Positions 7,899-9,122 of a stretch of 9,122 nucleotides of DNA are shown one piece after another. How positions within the stretch are numbered: the stretch's first letter is position 1; each line of letters starts with the position of its first letter. Source of the DNA: Naegleria gruberi (Eukaryota). Under the pieces are notes generated by a model. The model saw nothing but the letters and a program-made list of their open reading frames with translations, had not been told where the DNA came from and did not search any database. A program made the position numbers and the translations under genes. The stretch lies in the NCBI GenBank assembly GCA_000004985.1, contig GG739046.1. One strand, given 5' to 3'.

Positions 7899-8419
7899 TT
7901 AGTTAATACCCAACAATTTCTTTACATATGAATAGAGATCAAGTAATTGAGAACACAATTGAGAATTGGCCATCTTTTTAACAAAATCTGGTATCCATCC
8001 TATAATTACACATTGTAAATATTTCAATATTTGAAATGACTTACCCTTAACATCAGTTTGAATAACATATGTTACATGACAACTAGTAGCAGTTGTTTCG
8101 TTTGGTTTCTTAACTGGTTTAATGACATAACCAGAAACTAACAAATCTCCTCTAACATATCCTGATTGTTCTGGATACAATGCATTATCTACAACACTCT
8201 TTTGACATAAAACAATTGATCCATCTTCTCTCTTTTTCAATCTTCTACAAATCAAATAATCTCTCTTTGAAACACCAAATGCAGGTGATTTATGGGAGTG
8301 AACAACAACTTCAATATCCTCAACCTTTTTCAATGATTTAATTTCGGAGAGGGAAGTACTCAATTTTAAAACATGATTACTATCCCACAATACATTGGCA
8401 ACTTGTTCAGGTGTCAATC
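7899..8419 (-). CDS. START domain protein, exon 3 of 3 including the TAA stop at 7901..7899. Acceptor aattag|GA with AG at 8421..8420
   Basis: The exon encodes (G)LTPEQVANVLWDSNHVLKL...DYLICRRLKKREDGSIVLCQKSVVDNALYPEQSGYVRGDLLVSGYVIKPV...TSCHVTYVIQTDVKGKSFQILKYLQCVIIGWIPDFVKKMANSQ. It matches STARD10/PCTP motifs YVRGENGPGGFIV and C.ITY..Q.DPKGSLPK.V.N......APK.MKKM. Intron 2 is 137 nt (8420..8556). The spliced product is 233 aa. Confidence 0.8.
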
Positions 8420-8556
8420 CTAATTATTAATAAATTATTTAAAGTAATTTTCATGATGATCAATAATAATTTAATCATGAAATAAATTATTCATAAACAT
8501 CATGTGGGACATCATGTGGATAAAGGTCAAGATATTAGAATCATAAATCTACATAC

Positions 8557-8614
8557 CAGACATTAAGAAGGTAACCTTGTAAGATCCAGTATGTGGTGGA
8601 GGCTCAGCAAATTC
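8557..8614 (-). CDS. START domain protein, exon 2 of 3 (58 nt). Acceptor ttgcttgtag|G with AG at 8616..8615; donor CTG|gtatgt with GT at 8556..8555
   Basis: The exon encodes EFAEPPPHTGSYKVTFLMS plus one nucleotide. It joins exon 3 through a Gly codon. TGSYKVTFLMSGLTPEQVANVLWDSNH aligns with PCTP TGLYEYKVFGVLEDCSPTLLADIYMDSDY and STARD10 ...YDVLHDIEYRKKWDSNV. Intron 1 is 97 nt (8615..8711). Confidence 0.6.
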
Positions 8615-8711
8615 CTACAAGCAATAAAATTGATGATCAAATTGTTGTTCATTAAATATTATTTCAAAAATTCCACTTTTTACTATTTATCAATCAATAC
8701 TATAAACCTAC

Positions 8712-8834
8712 TGCTGTACATCCATTCTTTTCATCAATCTTTTGCCAAACCTTTCCGGTTGGATTCTTACTATCCGCCAATTCAATTACACGTGATTCAG
8801 CAATATTAATTTCATCAGCAATATTGGATGTCAT
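8712..8834 (-). CDS. START (StAR-related lipid transfer) domain protein, exon 1 of 3. ATG at 8834..8832; donor GCA|gtaggt with GT at 8711..8710
   Basis: The exon encodes MTSNIADEINIAESRVIELADSKNPTGKVWQKIDEKNGCTA. The WQKIDEKNG stretch resembles the N-terminal W..L.E..G of the PCTP/STARD10 START domain. A strong donor gtaggt follows. The exon is in phase 0. Confidence 0.65.
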
Positions 8835-8935
8835 TTTTTTTATTTTTAAAGATGAAGGAATTGGAATGAAATTGCATGCTAGAATGTTTCTAAATAGTAG
8901 ATGATGAATATTAGTTAAAGATCTATTCAGTAAAA

Positions 8936-9121
8936 TTATAAAATTGTGAATTTTTGTGAAATATCTTCCTTCTTTTGTTTGTTGATGGTGGCTTCTCTTA
9001 ATTGTTCGACAACATGTCTGTTAAATTCATTAATTGTAATAACATCATTAGATTCAATTCCTAATACGCTCTTAATTAGTGGATCCATACTAATCCTGTG
9101 ATTTTCATTGAATAATTGTTT
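8936..9121 (-). CDS. Unidentified ORF ending 101 nt upstream of the START gene ATG. It is open to the window edge, so it is either the C-terminal ~61 aa of a larger protein or a 50-aa ORF from ATG 9088..9086
   Basis: The minus-strand frame reads KQLFNENHRISMDPLIKSVLGIESNDVITINEFNRHVVEQLREATINKQKKEDISQKFTIL* with stop at 8938..8936. The last 70 nt contain no GT dinucleotide, so it cannot be a spliced 5' exon of the START gene. No domain recognised; ESNDVITINEF is only weakly EF-hand-like. Confidence 0.2.
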   Translation of the reverse strand, partial: KQLFNENHRISMDPLIKSVLGIESNDVITINEFNRHVVEQLREATINKQKKEDISQKFTIL

Positions 9122-9122
9122 T

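Noticed and set aside
7597-8809. ORFs 7597..7791 (minus, alternate frame) and 8591..8809 (plus)
   Set aside because: The first overlaps the 73-aa ORF in another frame and has no features of its own. The second is antisense to exons 1 and 2 and intron 1 of the START gene.
1-9122. Prokaryotic features (CRISPR arrays, operons, RBS, rho-independent terminators)
   Set aside because: The window has spliceosomal GT-AG introns, AATAAA signals and eukaryotic protein families (piggyBac transposase, START domain). The TTG and GTG 'starts' in the ORF track come from the ORF caller, not biology.

Overview
This is an AT-rich eukaryotic window from a draft assembly. It has an ambiguous base at 19 and a 4,536-nt N run at 1963..6498; I see no prokaryotic features. 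Most of what can be annotated lies on the minus strand. (1) A piggyBac-family (DDE_Tnp_1_7) transposase runs from inside the gap down to a stop codon at 835..837. Two of its catalytic Asp residues and the C-terminal Cys-rich domain are visible, and it is broken by one apparent 1-nt frameshift near 1735. The right gap edge reads GGG|TTAA (6499..6505), which is the terminal motif and target site expected for a piggyBac insertion. (2) A 241-aa protein (6561..7286) made of DUF4116-like repeats has its stop codon 56 nt from that TTAA. (3) A three-exon START lipid-transfer-domain gene of the PCTP/STARD10 type is encoded by 8834..8712, 8614..8557 and 8419..7899, with GT-AG introns of 97 and 137 nt. 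Lower-confidence items are the 3' end of a plus-strand gene at the left edge (1..144), a 73-aa minus ORF with a non-canonical Walker-A-like motif (7458..7679), and a minus-strand ORF running off the right edge (8936..9121). The transposase N-terminus and 5' end sit inside the gap. Any cargo or novel system within the element cannot be assessed from this window.
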